Shown in pieces: positions 1 to 8,724 of a stretch of 32,000 nt of DNA. The translations under genes and the position numbers were made by a program. The notes below the pieces were generated by a model. The model was not told where the DNA came from. It saw only the letters and a program-made list of their open reading frames with translations, and made no database searches. This DNA comes from Edaphobacter aggregans (GTDB taxonomy: Bacteria > Acidobacteriota > Terriglobia > Terriglobales > Acidobacteriaceae). The stretch is from NCBI RefSeq assembly GCF_003945235.1, contig NZ_RSDW01000001.1:1620001-1652000 (forward strand), given 5' to 3'. Each line of letters begins with the position of its first letter. Position 1 is the first letter of the stretch.

Positions 1-127
1 GGTCATACCCATAAGACGACAGTCCATACGAAATCACCCCGTCTTTCACCTGTTTCTCACTAAACGGGGCGATCATTCCATGATCAATCGCCTGCTGCCG
101 AATCCAACGGTCACTTTTAATGGCCAC
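1..127 (-). CDS. dcd: dCTP deaminase, N-terminal 42 codons (gene runs off the left edge)
   Basis: Absent from the ORF track because it is truncated. Minus-strand translation from GTG (127-125) gives [42 protein letters not shown], which matches the conserved Dcd N-terminus (IKSDxWI...GMIxPF...SYGxSSYGYD). A purine-rich SD-like run AAGAGGAAGGGA lies at 137-148 and an in-frame TAG at 149-151. Confidence 0.7.
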   Translation of the reverse strand, partial: MAIKSDRWIRQQAIDHGMIAPFSEKQVKDGVISYGLSSYGYD

Positions 128-253
128 TCGTTTGCTTCCCTTCCTCTTCTATTTCATGGTCTCAACTGTCGCAAAAGCAGGGCAAATTGGCCGCCGTACA
201 ACCCTTTTCCCGTTGCCTCATTAGATTCTTCATCTTACGGTAGCGTTCTGGCG

Positions 254-282
254 TTGACAATCTCCGTGCGAGTTTCTAACAT
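254..282 (+). promoter_or_regulatory. candidate sigma70-type promoter for the IHF-like gene
   Basis: TTGACA (254-259), a 17-nt spacer, then TAACAT (277-282), about 65 nt upstream of the ATG at 351. Pattern match only. Confidence 0.35.
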
Positions 283-350
283 CACCGTACTAAACCCAGG
301 TCGGAAGTACCGCGTTTCACACAAATTACAGCCCAAGGACGGCGCCCCAA

Positions 351-620
351 ATGATTAAGCAGGATTTGATACAAAGGGTGGTTGAGCGAACTGGCCTGCC
401 AAGGACGAAAGCAGAGGCCGCCGTGGACGCAATCTTCGAGAGCATGAAAGCTACTCTCGTCGCTGGCGACCGCATCGAGCTCCGCGGCTTTGGCGTCTTC
501 ACCGTCAAGCCAAGGAAAACCGGCATCGGCCGCAATCCAAGAACAGGCGCCGAAGTCACGATCGCTCCTGGCAAAGCGGTCCGCTTCAAGCCCGGCAAAG
601 AGCTGCATCTGCTCAACTAA
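351..620 (+). CDS. HU/IHF-family DNA-binding protein (IHF-like)
   Basis: 89 aa. The HU/IHF fold signature is present: LRGFGVFTVKPRKTGIGRNPRTGAEVTIAPGKAVRFKPGKEL (beta-arm RNPxTG, F.PGKEL tail). AAGGA lies about 12 nt upstream of the ATG. Confidence 0.9.
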   Translation: MIKQDLIQRVVERTGLPRTKAEAAVDAIFESMKATLVAGDRIELRGFGVFTVKPRKTGIGRNPRTGAEVTIAPGKAVRFKPGKELHLLN

Positions 621-645
621 GCGCCGCGAAGCGACTCCTGCTTCA

Positions 646-3204
646 TCACATCAGGTGAACTGCATCCACGTCCACCACCAGGTTCCGTCGCGGAATTCCC
701 TGCGCGTCGGCAAACCGAAGCATCGCGCGCAAAGCCTCCCCCAGCACCTGTCTTCGCTCAGCCTTCAGCACAAAGTGATACCTGTAAATTCGCTTCAGCC
801 GCACAATCGGCGCAGCCGCAGGCCCCAGTACCCGCACCTTCTCCAACCGCGTCTGCTGAAACCACCGCCCCAGCACACTTGACCACCCAGTAGCCTCCTC
901 AAGCTTCTCGCTTTGGATCACCACATTCGCCAGCACAGCATAAGGCGGATAGTGCATCCACCGCCGATACTGAAGCTCCTTCGCCACGAACCCCGGATAA
1001 TCATGCTGCCCCGCAAACTGAATCGCATAATGATCCGGATGATATGTCTGCACCAACACCTTCCCCGGCAGATCCCCGCGCCCTGCCCGGCCTGACACCT
1101 GCGTCAGCAGCTGAAACACTCTCTCCGCCGCGCGAAAATCCGGCAGCCCCAGCGCAAAGTCCGCGCCGATCACGCCCACCAGCGTCACTCCATGAATATC
1201 GTGACCCTTCGCAATCATCTGCGTTCCCACTAGCAGATTGATCTCCCCCGCATGAAGCCGCGACAGCAGCCGTTCCATATCGCTGCGACCTCGCACCGTA
1301 TCGCGATCCATCCTCCCAATCCGCGCTCCGGGAAACAGCTCCTGCAACCGCTCCTCTCCTTGCTGCGACCCCGCCCCCAAAAAATAAAGATGCTCGCTCT
1401 CACACTTCGGACAAGTCTTCGGCACCCCACGCCGAAACCCGCAGTAATGACACTCCAGCCGCTGCCCCGGCTGAGCAATCGCATCACTCCCGCTCACCGG
1501 CTTGTGATACGTCATTGAGATCGCGCAGTTCTCACACTCAATCTTCCCGCCGCAACTTCTGCACATCACCACAAACGAATACCCGCGCCGATTCAGCAGA
1601 ATAATCACCTGCTCGCCGCGATCCAGCGTAGCCTGCGTCTCTTCAATCAGCTTGCGCGAAAAAATCTGCTCCTGCCCCGTCTCCTTGAACTCATTGCGCA
1701 TATCCACCAGTTCCACCGCTGGCAACGGACGGTCCGCCACCCTCTGTCGCATCTCCACCCGCGCATACCGGCCCTTCTCTGCATTCGCCCAGCTCTCTAG
1801 CGAAGGCGTCGCCGACCCCAGCACCACCACGGCATCATTCAACTTCGCCCGCATCACCGCCACATCGCGCCCGTGATACCGCGGAGTCTCCTCCTGCTTA
1901 TAACTTCCGTCATGCTCCTCATCGACAATGATCAGCCCCAGCTTCGCCACAGGAGCAAACACCGCCGACCGCGTCCCCACCACCACCCTCGCCTCACCCC
2001 GCCGAATCCTATGCCACTGCTCAGCCCGCTCATCCGGCGTCAACTGCGAGTGCAGCAACGCCACCTCATCCCCAAACGCAGCCACCAGCTGCCCCGTCAT
2101 CGCTGGAGTCAGCCCAATCTCCGGAACCAGCAACAGCGCACTCTTCCCTGCATCCAGAGCCCGCCGCATCGCCGCAAAATAAACCGTAGTCTTTCCCGAC
2201 CCCGTCACCCCATACATCAGATGCGGCGCAAACCCACCCTTCGCCATTGCCGCCGCAATCGTCCCCAGAGCCTCCATCTGAGCCTCATTCAGCGCGTGTT
2301 CATGCGCATGCTTCTTCCCATGAGCCCCCACCCCACCCAGATGAAAATCCTCCGCGACCTCCTCAATCGCCACCAGCCCCCGCTTCACCAGAGTCCCCAG
2401 CGTAGACTCAGGGGCCCCAGGCAAACTCCCCCGCAGATCCAGCACCCGCATCCGCCCACCCACCGCCGCCAACTCAGCCATCACCGCCAGCTGATTCTCA
2501 TTCAGCCGAGGCAGCCGCTTCCCCATACCTGATACCTGATACCCGCCACCCGATACCTCATTCGCTACATCCTCTTCTCCACCCCCTGTCTCATGCCTCA
2601 CCAAGACGGCCACCCGCTCCAGCCTTCGAGCATCCCGCTCCTCCGCCAACGCCTCCCTCGTCAGCCACTTCTTCCGAACCATCCCCTCCAGCAAACTCTT
2701 ATTCGCTCCCGTGGCCGACCGCAACGCCGAAATCTTCGCCGCCTCCCCATCCTCCAAATAGTTCAGCACCGAATACTCGCGATTCTGCTCCTCCACACTC
2801 AGCTTCGACCGCCGCGAACTCCCCTTAGCCGCCCCCTCATACAGCACCCTTCTCCCGGCCTCGGCAATTCGATACACCACATGCCGCTTGACCTCCGCCC
2901 CCAACGGAAGCATCCCCCGCAACACCTCACCCAACGGAGCCACATAGTATGCCGCAATCCACCGCGCCAACTCCATCAACTCATCCGGCAGCAGCGCCGC
3001 ATCATCCAGTACTTGCTGCACCGGCTTGATCTCAAAATCATCCTTAGGCGCATCCTCGTGCACCCGCACCACCACACCCATCAGCCGCTGCCCGCTAAAA
3101 GGCACCAACACCCGAGCCCCCACCACCGGCACCACCCCATTCACCGCATAGGTAAACATCTGATCCAGAGGCACCGGCAAAGCAACGTCACAAAACAAAG
3201 GCAT
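646..3204 (-). CDS. priA: primosomal protein N' (replication restart helicase PriA)
   Basis: 852 aa. Walker A GVTGSGKT, DExH box DEEHD, and the Cys-rich zinc module CRSCGGKIECENC...CHYCGF...CPKCES typical of PriA. It is longer than typical PriA because of a Gly-rich insertion (see findings). Confidence 0.95.
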   Translation of the reverse strand: MPLFCDVALPVPLDQMFTYAVNGVVPVVGARVLVPFSGQRLMGVVVRVHEDAPKDDFEIKPVQQVLDDAALLPDELMELARWIAAYYVAPLGEVLRGMLPLGAEVKRHVVYRIAEAGRRVLYEGAAKGSSRRSKLSVEEQNREYSVLNYLEDGEAAKISALRSATGANKSLLEGMVRKKWLTREALAEERDARRLERVAVLVRHETGGGEEDVANEVSGGGYQVSGMGKRLPRLNENQLAVMAELAAVGGRMRVLDLRGSLPGAPESTLGTLVKRGLVAIEEVAEDFHLGGVGAHGKKHAHEHALNEAQMEALGTIAAAMAKGGFAPHLMYGVTGSGKTTVYFAAMRRALDAGKSALLLVPEIGLTPAMTGQLVAAFGDEVALLHSQLTPDERAEQWHRIRRGEARVVVGTRSAVFAPVAKLGLIIVDEEHDGSYKQEETPRYHGRDVAVMRAKLNDAVVVLGSATPSLESWANAEKGRYARVEMRQRVADRPLPAVELVDMRNEFKETGQEQIFSRKLIEETQATLDRGEQVIILLNRRGYSFVVMCRSCGGKIECENCAISMTYHKPVSGSDAIAQPGQRLECHYCGFRRGVPKTCPKCESEHLYFLGAGSQQGEERLQELFPGARIGRMDRDTVRGRSDMERLLSRLHAGEINLLVGTQMIAKGHDIHGVTLVGVIGADFALGLPDFRAAERVFQLLTQVSGRAGRGDLPGKVLVQTYHPDHYAIQFAGQHDYPGFVAKELQYRRWMHYPPYAVLANVVIQSEKLEEATGWSSVLGRWFQQTRLEKVRVLGPAAAPIVRLKRIYRYHFVLKAERRQVLGEALRAMLRFADAQGIPRRNLVVDVDAVHLM

Positions 3205-3258
3205 CCCACTAGCCTAATGCTTCCAAGCCATCCACCGCTCTGTGTGAAATAGCTATCG

Positions 3259-3675
3259 TCAACTCCTCCGCAACACCCACAACGATCCCGACACCACCAT
3301 CCACGCCAACGCCGCCAACCCCAGCGACACCCACGAGCTATGCGCCGGCAAAAATCCCCACAACACCAGCGCAAACGCCATCAGCCCCATCGCCCCCAAA
3401 GCCGCACCAAACGCATCGAGCGCCGCCGCCTCCCGACCCCGCAGTCTCCCGTCGCGTCCAATCTCTTTCTTCTTCCGCACCTCATGCTCTTCGATCAACG
3501 TCGCTCCCGCCGGAAAGATCGCTGGAAATGCCATAAACAGCCCTCCAATTACCGGCCCCCATCGTTTCGCGATCAGCCCCACCGCCATAGTCACCAATCC
3601 CCCCAGCATGAACCGCACCACATGCTCGTGGACCTTCGTATCTTTAAGCACTGAAAAATTAGCTTCGATCCTCAT
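3259..3675 (-). CDS. DUF3147-like small integral membrane protein
   Basis: 138 aa, about 4 hydrophobic helices. Motifs FMLGGLVTMAVGLIAKRWGPVIGGLFMAFPAIFPAG resemble the DUF3147 family (by recollection). It lies 4 nt downstream of its paralogue. Confidence 0.65.
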   Translation of the reverse strand: MRIEANFSVLKDTKVHEHVVRFMLGGLVTMAVGLIAKRWGPVIGGLFMAFPAIFPAGATLIEEHEVRKKKEIGRDGRLRGREAAALDAFGAALGAMGLMAFALVLWGFLPAHSSWVSLGLAALAWMVVSGSLWVLRRS

Positions 3676-3679
3676 GCAC

Positions 3680-4021
3680 TCACCGCAGCAGTACCCACCC
3701 CAATCCCAGCGAAATCCCCAGCCATATTGGCAGTAACGACAACGTCGTCCACGCCGCCGATCTCTTATACCGCATCAACACCAAACCCACCGCATAGGCA
3801 TACACACAAAATGCGATCGCCCCCAACACCATCGATCGCGCCTCCGTAGCCGCATACCCTTTACCTTGGCGAGCAATCGTCATCCCCACCGTCGCCAGCG
3901 CAATCGAAGGTGCCGCGCCAAACAAACCCGCAAAACTCTTGGGCCGCAACACATCACCCAACAACGCAAACGCGCTGATCACAACCCCACCGATCAGAAA
4001 CCTCATCAACAGTTCTTCCAT
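3680..4021 (-). CDS. DUF3147-like small integral membrane protein
   Basis: 113 aa. RFLIGGVVISAFALLGDVLRPKSFAGLFGAAPSIALATVG matches the DUF3147 pattern as I recall it. Paralogous to the adjacent ORF. Confidence 0.65.
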   Translation of the reverse strand: MEELLMRFLIGGVVISAFALLGDVLRPKSFAGLFGAAPSIALATVGMTIARQGKGYAATEARSMVLGAIAFCVYAYAVGLVLMRYKRSAAWTTLSLLPIWLGISLGLGWVLLR

Positions 4022-4048
4022 TCGTCGCTGACCACATCCGCTCGCAGC

Positions 4049-4594
4049 CTAAGCAGCCTTCTTCGCCTTCTTTATCAATCTCTCCGCTACTGCAATCTCC
4101 TTGTACCCCAGCAGCTCGTATTTCTTGCCCTCCAACCGGTGGTAATTGACGAAGAAATCCTCCAATTCGCGCAAAAACTGTTTGGGCAAATCACTCAGCT
4201 TCCGCACGTTTTGATACATATGGTTAGCCTCTGCAATCGCGACCAAGCGGTCATTGCGAATCCGCTTCTTGCCATCCACCTGCTCTCCTTCGATGACGCC
4301 AATCAACCGCGAAGGCACCAGAACTCCAGGAAATGCCGGCTCATCCATCAACAGCAGCACATCAATCGGATCGCCGTCATCCGCCAGCGTCTTCGGAAGA
4401 AATCCAAAGTCATACGGAAACGTCATCCCCGCTGGTAACACCTTCTTCAGCGCAAATATCTCCTGCTCCGGATCAAAGGAAAATTTATTTCGGCTGCCCT
4501 TAGGCGTCTCAACAATCACCTGCAACAAGCCCTTCTTCAGCACCGGCTCAAGCCGTGACGGATCTGCAAGTCCATACTTTTTCTTCGGCGCCAT
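4049..4594 (-). CDS. ppa: inorganic pyrophosphatase (family I)
   Basis: ETPKGSRNKFSFD...FPYDFGFLPKTLADDGDPIDVLLL is the family-I PPase active-site region. The track ORF begins with GTG at 4597. I prefer the ATG at 4594, with AAGGAG ending 4 nt upstream. Confidence 0.9.
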   Translation of the reverse strand: MAPKKKYGLADPSRLEPVLKKGLLQVIVETPKGSRNKFSFDPEQEIFALKKVLPAGMTFPYDFGFLPKTLADDGDPIDVLLLMDEPAFPGVLVPSRLIGVIEGEQVDGKKRIRNDRLVAIAEANHMYQNVRKLSDLPKQFLRELEDFFVNYHRLEGKKYELLGYKEIAVAERLIKKAKKAA

Positions 4595-4783
4595 CACGCT
4601 CCTTTTATTACAAGACTGTTACAAAATTTAGAGACCACATCCACATTTGAGGTTGCCATTCCCCTTCTGTACGTGAACGCGCAAGCCAACGGAACCGTAA
4701 CAGGCCCCTTAGCCAATTCTCCTGCGATACCCTGAACCTGCATCAGCATCGGTCTGCAAGCTCGACACGGGGTATACGTTCGC

Positions 4784-5464
4784 ATGGACAACAAGGCGAT
4801 TCCGGCAATCATCCTCCTGCTCCTTACTCTCGGCTGTAACGCGCCGCAACAAACTCCATCGCGTCCATCGAGTGTCGTCCAGCAAACGCAAGCCAAACCT
4901 GACTCCCTTTTCCCCACCACCTCCCAGAACTTCGACTACTACCTCCTCAACCTCTCCTGGTCGCCCGAGTTCTGCCACTCCCACCCCACAGCAGCCGAGT
5001 GCGCCCAGCACCCCGCCTTCATCCTCCACGGCCTATGGCCCCAGAACCTCAACGGCACCTACCCCCAGAACTGTTCCAACGCCCCCGGCCCTCGCAATCC
5101 CTCACAACACAGTGACATCTACCCCGACCCCGGACTTCTCAAGCACGAATGGCGGACCCATGGCACCTGCTCCGGCCTCTCCCCCGACGCCTTCTTCACC
5201 CTCGCAAGCACCGCCTTCCACAGCATCGTCATTCCGCCCGAGCTCATCCAGCTCACCCACCAGATCTCCATGCCACCCGAACAGATTCTCGCTCTCTTCA
5301 CCGCCAGCAATCCGAATCTCTCCCGCGAAAACCTCGTCCTGAGCTGTGGCAACAACTACCTCACCGCCGTCGAAGTCTGTCTCGACAAAAACCTCCACCC
5401 CACCGCCTGCGGCCCCATCCGCTCCTGCCGAGCCAACACCGTTCGCGTCCCACCCCCACAATAG
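4784..5464 (+). CDS. ribonuclease T2-family protein with lipoprotein-type signal peptide
   Basis: CAS I FILHGLWPQ and CAS II LKHEWRTHGTC catalytic motifs. N-terminus MDNKAIPAIILLLLTLGC has a hydrophobic core followed by a lipobox-like TLGC. Confidence 0.9.
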   Translation: MDNKAIPAIILLLLTLGCNAPQQTPSRPSSVVQQTQAKPDSLFPTTSQNFDYYLLNLSWSPEFCHSHPTAAECAQHPAFILHGLWPQNLNGTYPQNCSNAPGPRNPSQHSDIYPDPGLLKHEWRTHGTCSGLSPDAFFTLASTAFHSIVIPPELIQLTHQISMPPEQILALFTASNPNLSRENLVLSCGNNYLTAVEVCLDKNLHPTACGPIRSCRANTVRVPPPQ

Positions 5465-5495
5465 TCTCTCCAGCATCCGTTAAGACCGTTGCCTT

Positions 5496-5594
5496 TTGTC
5501 ATCCCGCAGGAATCCTGGCTGCGGTATTTGGGTGAAGCGAAGGGCTTTAGCCCTGCGAAAAAGATCACGGAGCGAGAAAGGGGCTTTAGCCCCT
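5496..5594. repeat. intergenic hairpin repeat cluster
   Basis: A TTGTCATCC core (5496-5504) is followed by the inverted repeat CCGCAG/CTGCGG (5504-5524). Two near-identical palindromic units follow: AGGGCTTTAGCCCT (5541-5554) and AGGGGCTTTAGCCCCT (5579-5594). The TTGTCATYY core recurs at 19855 and 19919. Confidence 0.55.
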
Positions 5595-5731
5595 GAGGTA
5601 TGATTCCACGCCGTCGCCCCAGAAACCTGTCAAGTCCAAAATCCACATATTCCATTACCAATCAACAACATCCAAGTGCCATATCATTCCTTCCCATCCG
5701 CTATAATAGAAATAGAGCAATTCCAATGAGC

Positions 5732-5766
5732 AAAGCCTCGGCCCACCAGCCGGGGCTTTCTCTTTG
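5732..5766 (+). terminator. Rho-independent-terminator-like hairpin with no gene directly upstream
   Basis: AAAGCCTCGG (5732-5741), loop CCCACCAG, CCGGGGCTTT (5750-5759). This is a 10-bp stem with one G-U pair on the + strand (it would be an A-C mismatch on the minus strand), followed by CTCTTTG. A TATAAT lies at 5702-5707. Confidence 0.35.
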
Positions 5767-5876
5767 CAATTGAGGTCTGACCGCAGTCCCGACTCAAATC
5801 TTTTATTTCTAATACTTTAGGACTCTCAGGTAGAGGGAGGGGGTACCAGATGAAACGCCACTGTTGTACACAGAAA

Positions 5877-6767
5877 CTAGCCCTTAGCTGGGGCCTTCAA
5901 CCCCATCTCCTTCATTACCATCTGCAGATCTTTCCACGCCTCACCCTTCTGCCGGGGGTCCCGCAACAGAAACGCCGGATGATACGTCACCGCCAGCTTC
6001 GCCCCACGACACTGATGCCACTGCCCTCGTAGCGAACTGAGCGACCGTTTCACCCCCAGCAGATACAGAGCCGCCGTAGCCCCCAGTGCCACAATTACCT
6101 GCGGCTGCACAACATCAATCTGCTTGAGCAGGAACTGCGAGCAGGTATTCGCCTCCACCGGCTCGGGGACCCGATTCTGCGGAGGCCTGCATTTCACAAT
6201 ATTGGCGATATAAACTTCCTCACGCTTCAGCCCCATCGCCCCAATCATGTTGTTCAGCAGTTGCCCGGCCTTCCCTACAAACGGCAGCCCCTGGACATCT
6301 TCATCGGCCCCCGGCCCCTCACCCACAAACATCAACCGGGCGTTCGGATCGCCATCGCCAAACACAATCGAACGCCGCCCCGCATACGCCAGCGGACACC
6401 GCGTACAGTCGCCGATCTCTTCTCGAACAGCAACAAGCGCACCAGCCTTCTCCCGGGCAGCCACACGGCTCTCAGGCAGAGGTGCAAGATCATCGAAACT
6501 CACAAGCTTCGGAATCGCCGTCTCCAGATAATTTGTCTCGGCAGAAACAACTGGCGGAGTACTGACTTCTACAACCGCCGTAGACTCAACTACAGCAATC
6601 CGAGGTTCTGCCACCGCCTCCACAACAACATCACCAGTCGAACCGGCAGGCTTCGAGGATTCCGAAGATTCCACAAAGACCAGTTCGCCCCGGCGATAAA
6701 ACTCATAGATACCCATGTCACGGAAGTACTCGACATACGCCCGCAACTGCTCCACGTCACCAGCCAT
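5877..6767 (-). CDS. uracil-DNA glycosylase, family 4, with a ~110-aa N-terminal extension
   Basis: GDCTRCPL...GDGDPNARLMFVGEGPGADEDVQGLPFVGKAGQLL...IVKCRPPQNR...HPAFLLR are family-4 UDG motifs, including the Fe-S cysteines. Confidence 0.9.
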   Translation of the reverse strand: MAGDVEQLRAYVEYFRDMGIYEFYRRGELVFVESSESSKPAGSTGDVVVEAVAEPRIAVVESTAVVEVSTPPVVSAETNYLETAIPKLVSFDDLAPLPESRVAAREKAGALVAVREEIGDCTRCPLAYAGRRSIVFGDGDPNARLMFVGEGPGADEDVQGLPFVGKAGQLLNNMIGAMGLKREEVYIANIVKCRPPQNRVPEPVEANTCSQFLLKQIDVVQPQVIVALGATAALYLLGVKRSLSSLRGQWHQCRGAKLAVTYHPAFLLRDPRQKGEAWKDLQMVMKEMGLKAPAKG

Positions 6768-6809
6768 AGCTCTATCGTACCGCGATGGGATACCGCAATG
6801 AACTCGTGA

Positions 6810-7025
6810 CTAGTGGACCGTAGGAATATCCAGCGTCGGCTCTGCTGGCCGCTCGGGAAGAACGAACTTCACATGCCCCTGCCTGATCTCGTCCTGCGCC
6901 ACCCTGCAAGCCTTCATCGACTTGGCAACGATCAGCGGCGAAGCACCAGACTGCAACTGCCGGGCCCGTCGTGCTGCGCCTTTTACCAGGCTGTATTTGT
7001 TAAACATCGAGTTCTCGATCGTCAT
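6810..7025 (-). CDS. rpoZ: DNA-directed RNA polymerase subunit omega
   Basis: MTIENSMFNKYSLVKGAARRARQLQSG fits the omega N-terminal helix pattern (NxYxLv..aakRARQL). The track ORF extends to 7163 and would overlap gmk. I use the internal ATG at 7025-7023, preceded by GGGGG about 7 nt upstream. The gene sits directly after gmk, as in many bacteria. Confidence 0.8.
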   Translation of the reverse strand: MTIENSMFNKYSLVKGAARRARQLQSGASPLIVAKSMKACRVAQDEIRQGHVKFVLPERPAEPTLDIPTVH

Positions 7026-7102
7026 GTGTGACCCCCGTAGTCTGAATTTATAACTCAGCCCAGCCGAAAGCGCACTCACAAATCGCAGTGGATAAACAGT
7101 CT

Positions 7103-7762
7103 CTATCTTTCGAAAGTTTTCAAGGCCGCCAGCAGCTTCGGCGAAGCCGCATCCGTTCTGCAACTTGCCGCAAGTGCCTTTACCCCATCGGTGACCCCGC
7201 GCTCCGCCAGAACGATCGCCCGCATCTCCGCCACAGCCTCATCCAGAACATCGTTCACCAACGCATACTCGTAGTCCCACACCTGCTTCAACTCATTCCG
7301 CGCCTCAGCCAACCGCTTCTGAATCACGACCTCCGACGTCATGTTCTCAGCCTCGCTCCTGTTCCGCAGCCGCCTCTCCAGCACCTCCGGACTAGGTGGC
7401 ACAATGAAGATCGACACTGCCTCCTGCATCTTCTTCATTACCTGCACAGCACCCTGCACATCGATGTCCAGCAGCAGGTCTTTCCCGTGATCCTTCGCAA
7501 TCCGCAGCGACGACCGAGCGGTACCATAGTAGTTCCCGAAGACCTCTGCCCACTCCAGGAAGTCCCGCTTCATTACCATCCGTTCAAACTCGTCGCGGGT
7601 CGTAAAGTGATACTCCCGCCCATCCTCTTCCGATCCCCGTCGTGCCCGAGTCGTATATGAGATCGAAAACTCCATCCCCTCCACCAGCGTCCGCAGCTGA
7701 CTCACCAACGTCGATTTGCCCGAACCCGAGGGCGCCGAAATAATAAAAAGTATCCCTGCCAT
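7103..7762 (-). CDS. gmk: guanylate kinase
   Basis: P-loop SAPSGSGKSTLV, then SYTTRARRGSEEDGREYHF (GMP-binding region). Confidence 0.95.
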   Translation of the reverse strand: MAGILFIISAPSGSGKSTLVSQLRTLVEGMEFSISYTTRARRGSEEDGREYHFTTRDEFERMVMKRDFLEWAEVFGNYYGTARSSLRIAKDHGKDLLLDIDVQGAVQVMKKMQEAVSIFIVPPSPEVLERRLRNRSEAENMTSEVVIQKRLAEARNELKQVWDYEYALVNDVLDEAVAEMRAIVLAERGVTDGVKALAASCRTDAASPKLLAALKTFER

Positions 7763-7818
7763 GCGTCCTTAGAAAAGCTGCCTCACCTGAATCTTCAGTG
7801 TACCGCCCCACACCACAT

Positions 7819-8724
7819 CTACTCGATATTCTGGACCTGCTCCCGCGCCTTCTCGATCACAGCTTTCATCTCCAGCCCCAGTTCCGTGATCCGCAGACTA
7901 TTCTCGCCGGTAGCCCCGTTAGTCTTCGACAACATCGTGTTAGCCTCGCGGTTCAACTCCTGCAACAGAAAATCCAGTCGCTTACCCAGTTCCCCACCCT
8001 CATCCAGCAGCGCCACAAAGCGATCCACGTGCGTACGCAGTCGAACAATCTCCTCTTCAATATCACTCTTCTCTGCCAGTACCGAAGCCTCCGTCAGCAC
8101 CCGCTCCTCATTCACTGAAACACCCTGCGTCAGTTCCACCAGTCGCGCCCGCAGCCGCTCAAACTGCGCCTCCCGCACACCATTCCGCAGCTCAGCCATC
8201 TCCTCCCCGAACGCCCGCAACCGCTGCATCGATGACAGCAAATCATCTCCCAGCGCAGCGCCCTCGAGCGCCCTGGCAGCATTCAGCTTCTCCACCAGAA
8301 CAGGAATCTGCTCGATCACCGCTGCATCCAACTCCGGCGTCTCCCCCAACCCCACATTGGACTCCACACTCATCACCCCCGGAATCCGCAGCAAAGCGCT
8401 CAGATCGGGCTCACCTGCAATCCCATGAGCACTAGCCGCCTCACGAAACGCCTTCACATAAGCACCCAGCAAATCCGCATTCAGCTGAACCTCAGTGCTC
8501 ACCCGCCGCTCCACCTGCAGCGTCACATCCACATGCCCCCGCCGCAACCCATCCTTCAACAGTTTTCGAATCTGCGCCTCCAGACCATCAAAGTACGAAG
8601 GCATCCGGAAACTCAGATCCAGAAACCTATGATTCACACTCTTCATCGTCAGCGTAAAGCCCAGCCCCTCACCGGCTGAACCCCGCACACTAGCAAATCC
8701 CGTCATCGAATAAATCTCGCTCAC
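7819..8724 (-). CDS. yicC: YicC-family stress-induced protein
   Basis: 301 aa. SMTGFA N-terminus, C-terminal EELNREANTMLSK and EQVQNIE, typical of YicC/YloC. The GTG start overlaps the upstream stop (GTGA). The alternative ATG at 8706 gives MTGFA. Confidence 0.85.
   Translation of the reverse strand: MSEIYSMTGFASVRGSAGEGLGFTLTMKSVNHRFLDLSFRMPSYFDGLEAQIRKLLKDGLRRGHVDVTLQVERRVSTEVQLNADLLGAYVKAFREAASAHGIAGEPDLSALLRIPGVMSVESNVGLGETPELDAAVIEQIPVLVEKLNAARALEGAALGDDLLSSMQRLRAFGEEMAELRNGVREAQFERLRARLVELTQGVSVNEERVLTEASVLAEKSDIEEEIVRLRTHVDRFVALLDEGGELGKRLDFLLQELNREANTMLSKTNGATGENSLRITELGLEMKAVIEKAREQVQNIE

Noticed and set aside
1873-3252. Long + strand ORFs (1873..2532, 2593..3252) antisense to priA. 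Similar cases are 14901..15854, 24233..25597, 10582..11400 and 12532..13458.
   Set aside because: Their translations are Pro/Arg/His-rich and low-complexity, with no motifs. They lie opposite genes with unmistakable family signatures. This is the typical stop-codon-poor antisense frame of GC-rich, skewed DNA.
4637-4645. DnaA-box-like 9-mers with two mismatches: ACATCCACA at 4637-4645 and AAATCCACA at 5639-5647.
   Set aside because: Matches of 7/9 are expected by chance many times in 32 kb, and these are not clustered.
5850-6032. 60-aa ORF with a very strong SD (GGAGGGGG, 8 nt upstream of the ATG).
   Set aside because: All but its first 27 nt overlaps the 3' end of the well-supported UDG gene on the opposite strand. 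The peptide is basic with no features. The purine run may be coincidental.
7026-7163. N-terminal extensions in track ORFs: rpoZ to 7163, SDR from 27565, GNAT from 22071, glyQ to 26341, glyS to 25219, hpf to 12252.
   Set aside because: The extensions overlap neighbouring genes or remnants, use rare starts without an SD, and exceed the conserved family N-termini. Internal ATGs fit better.
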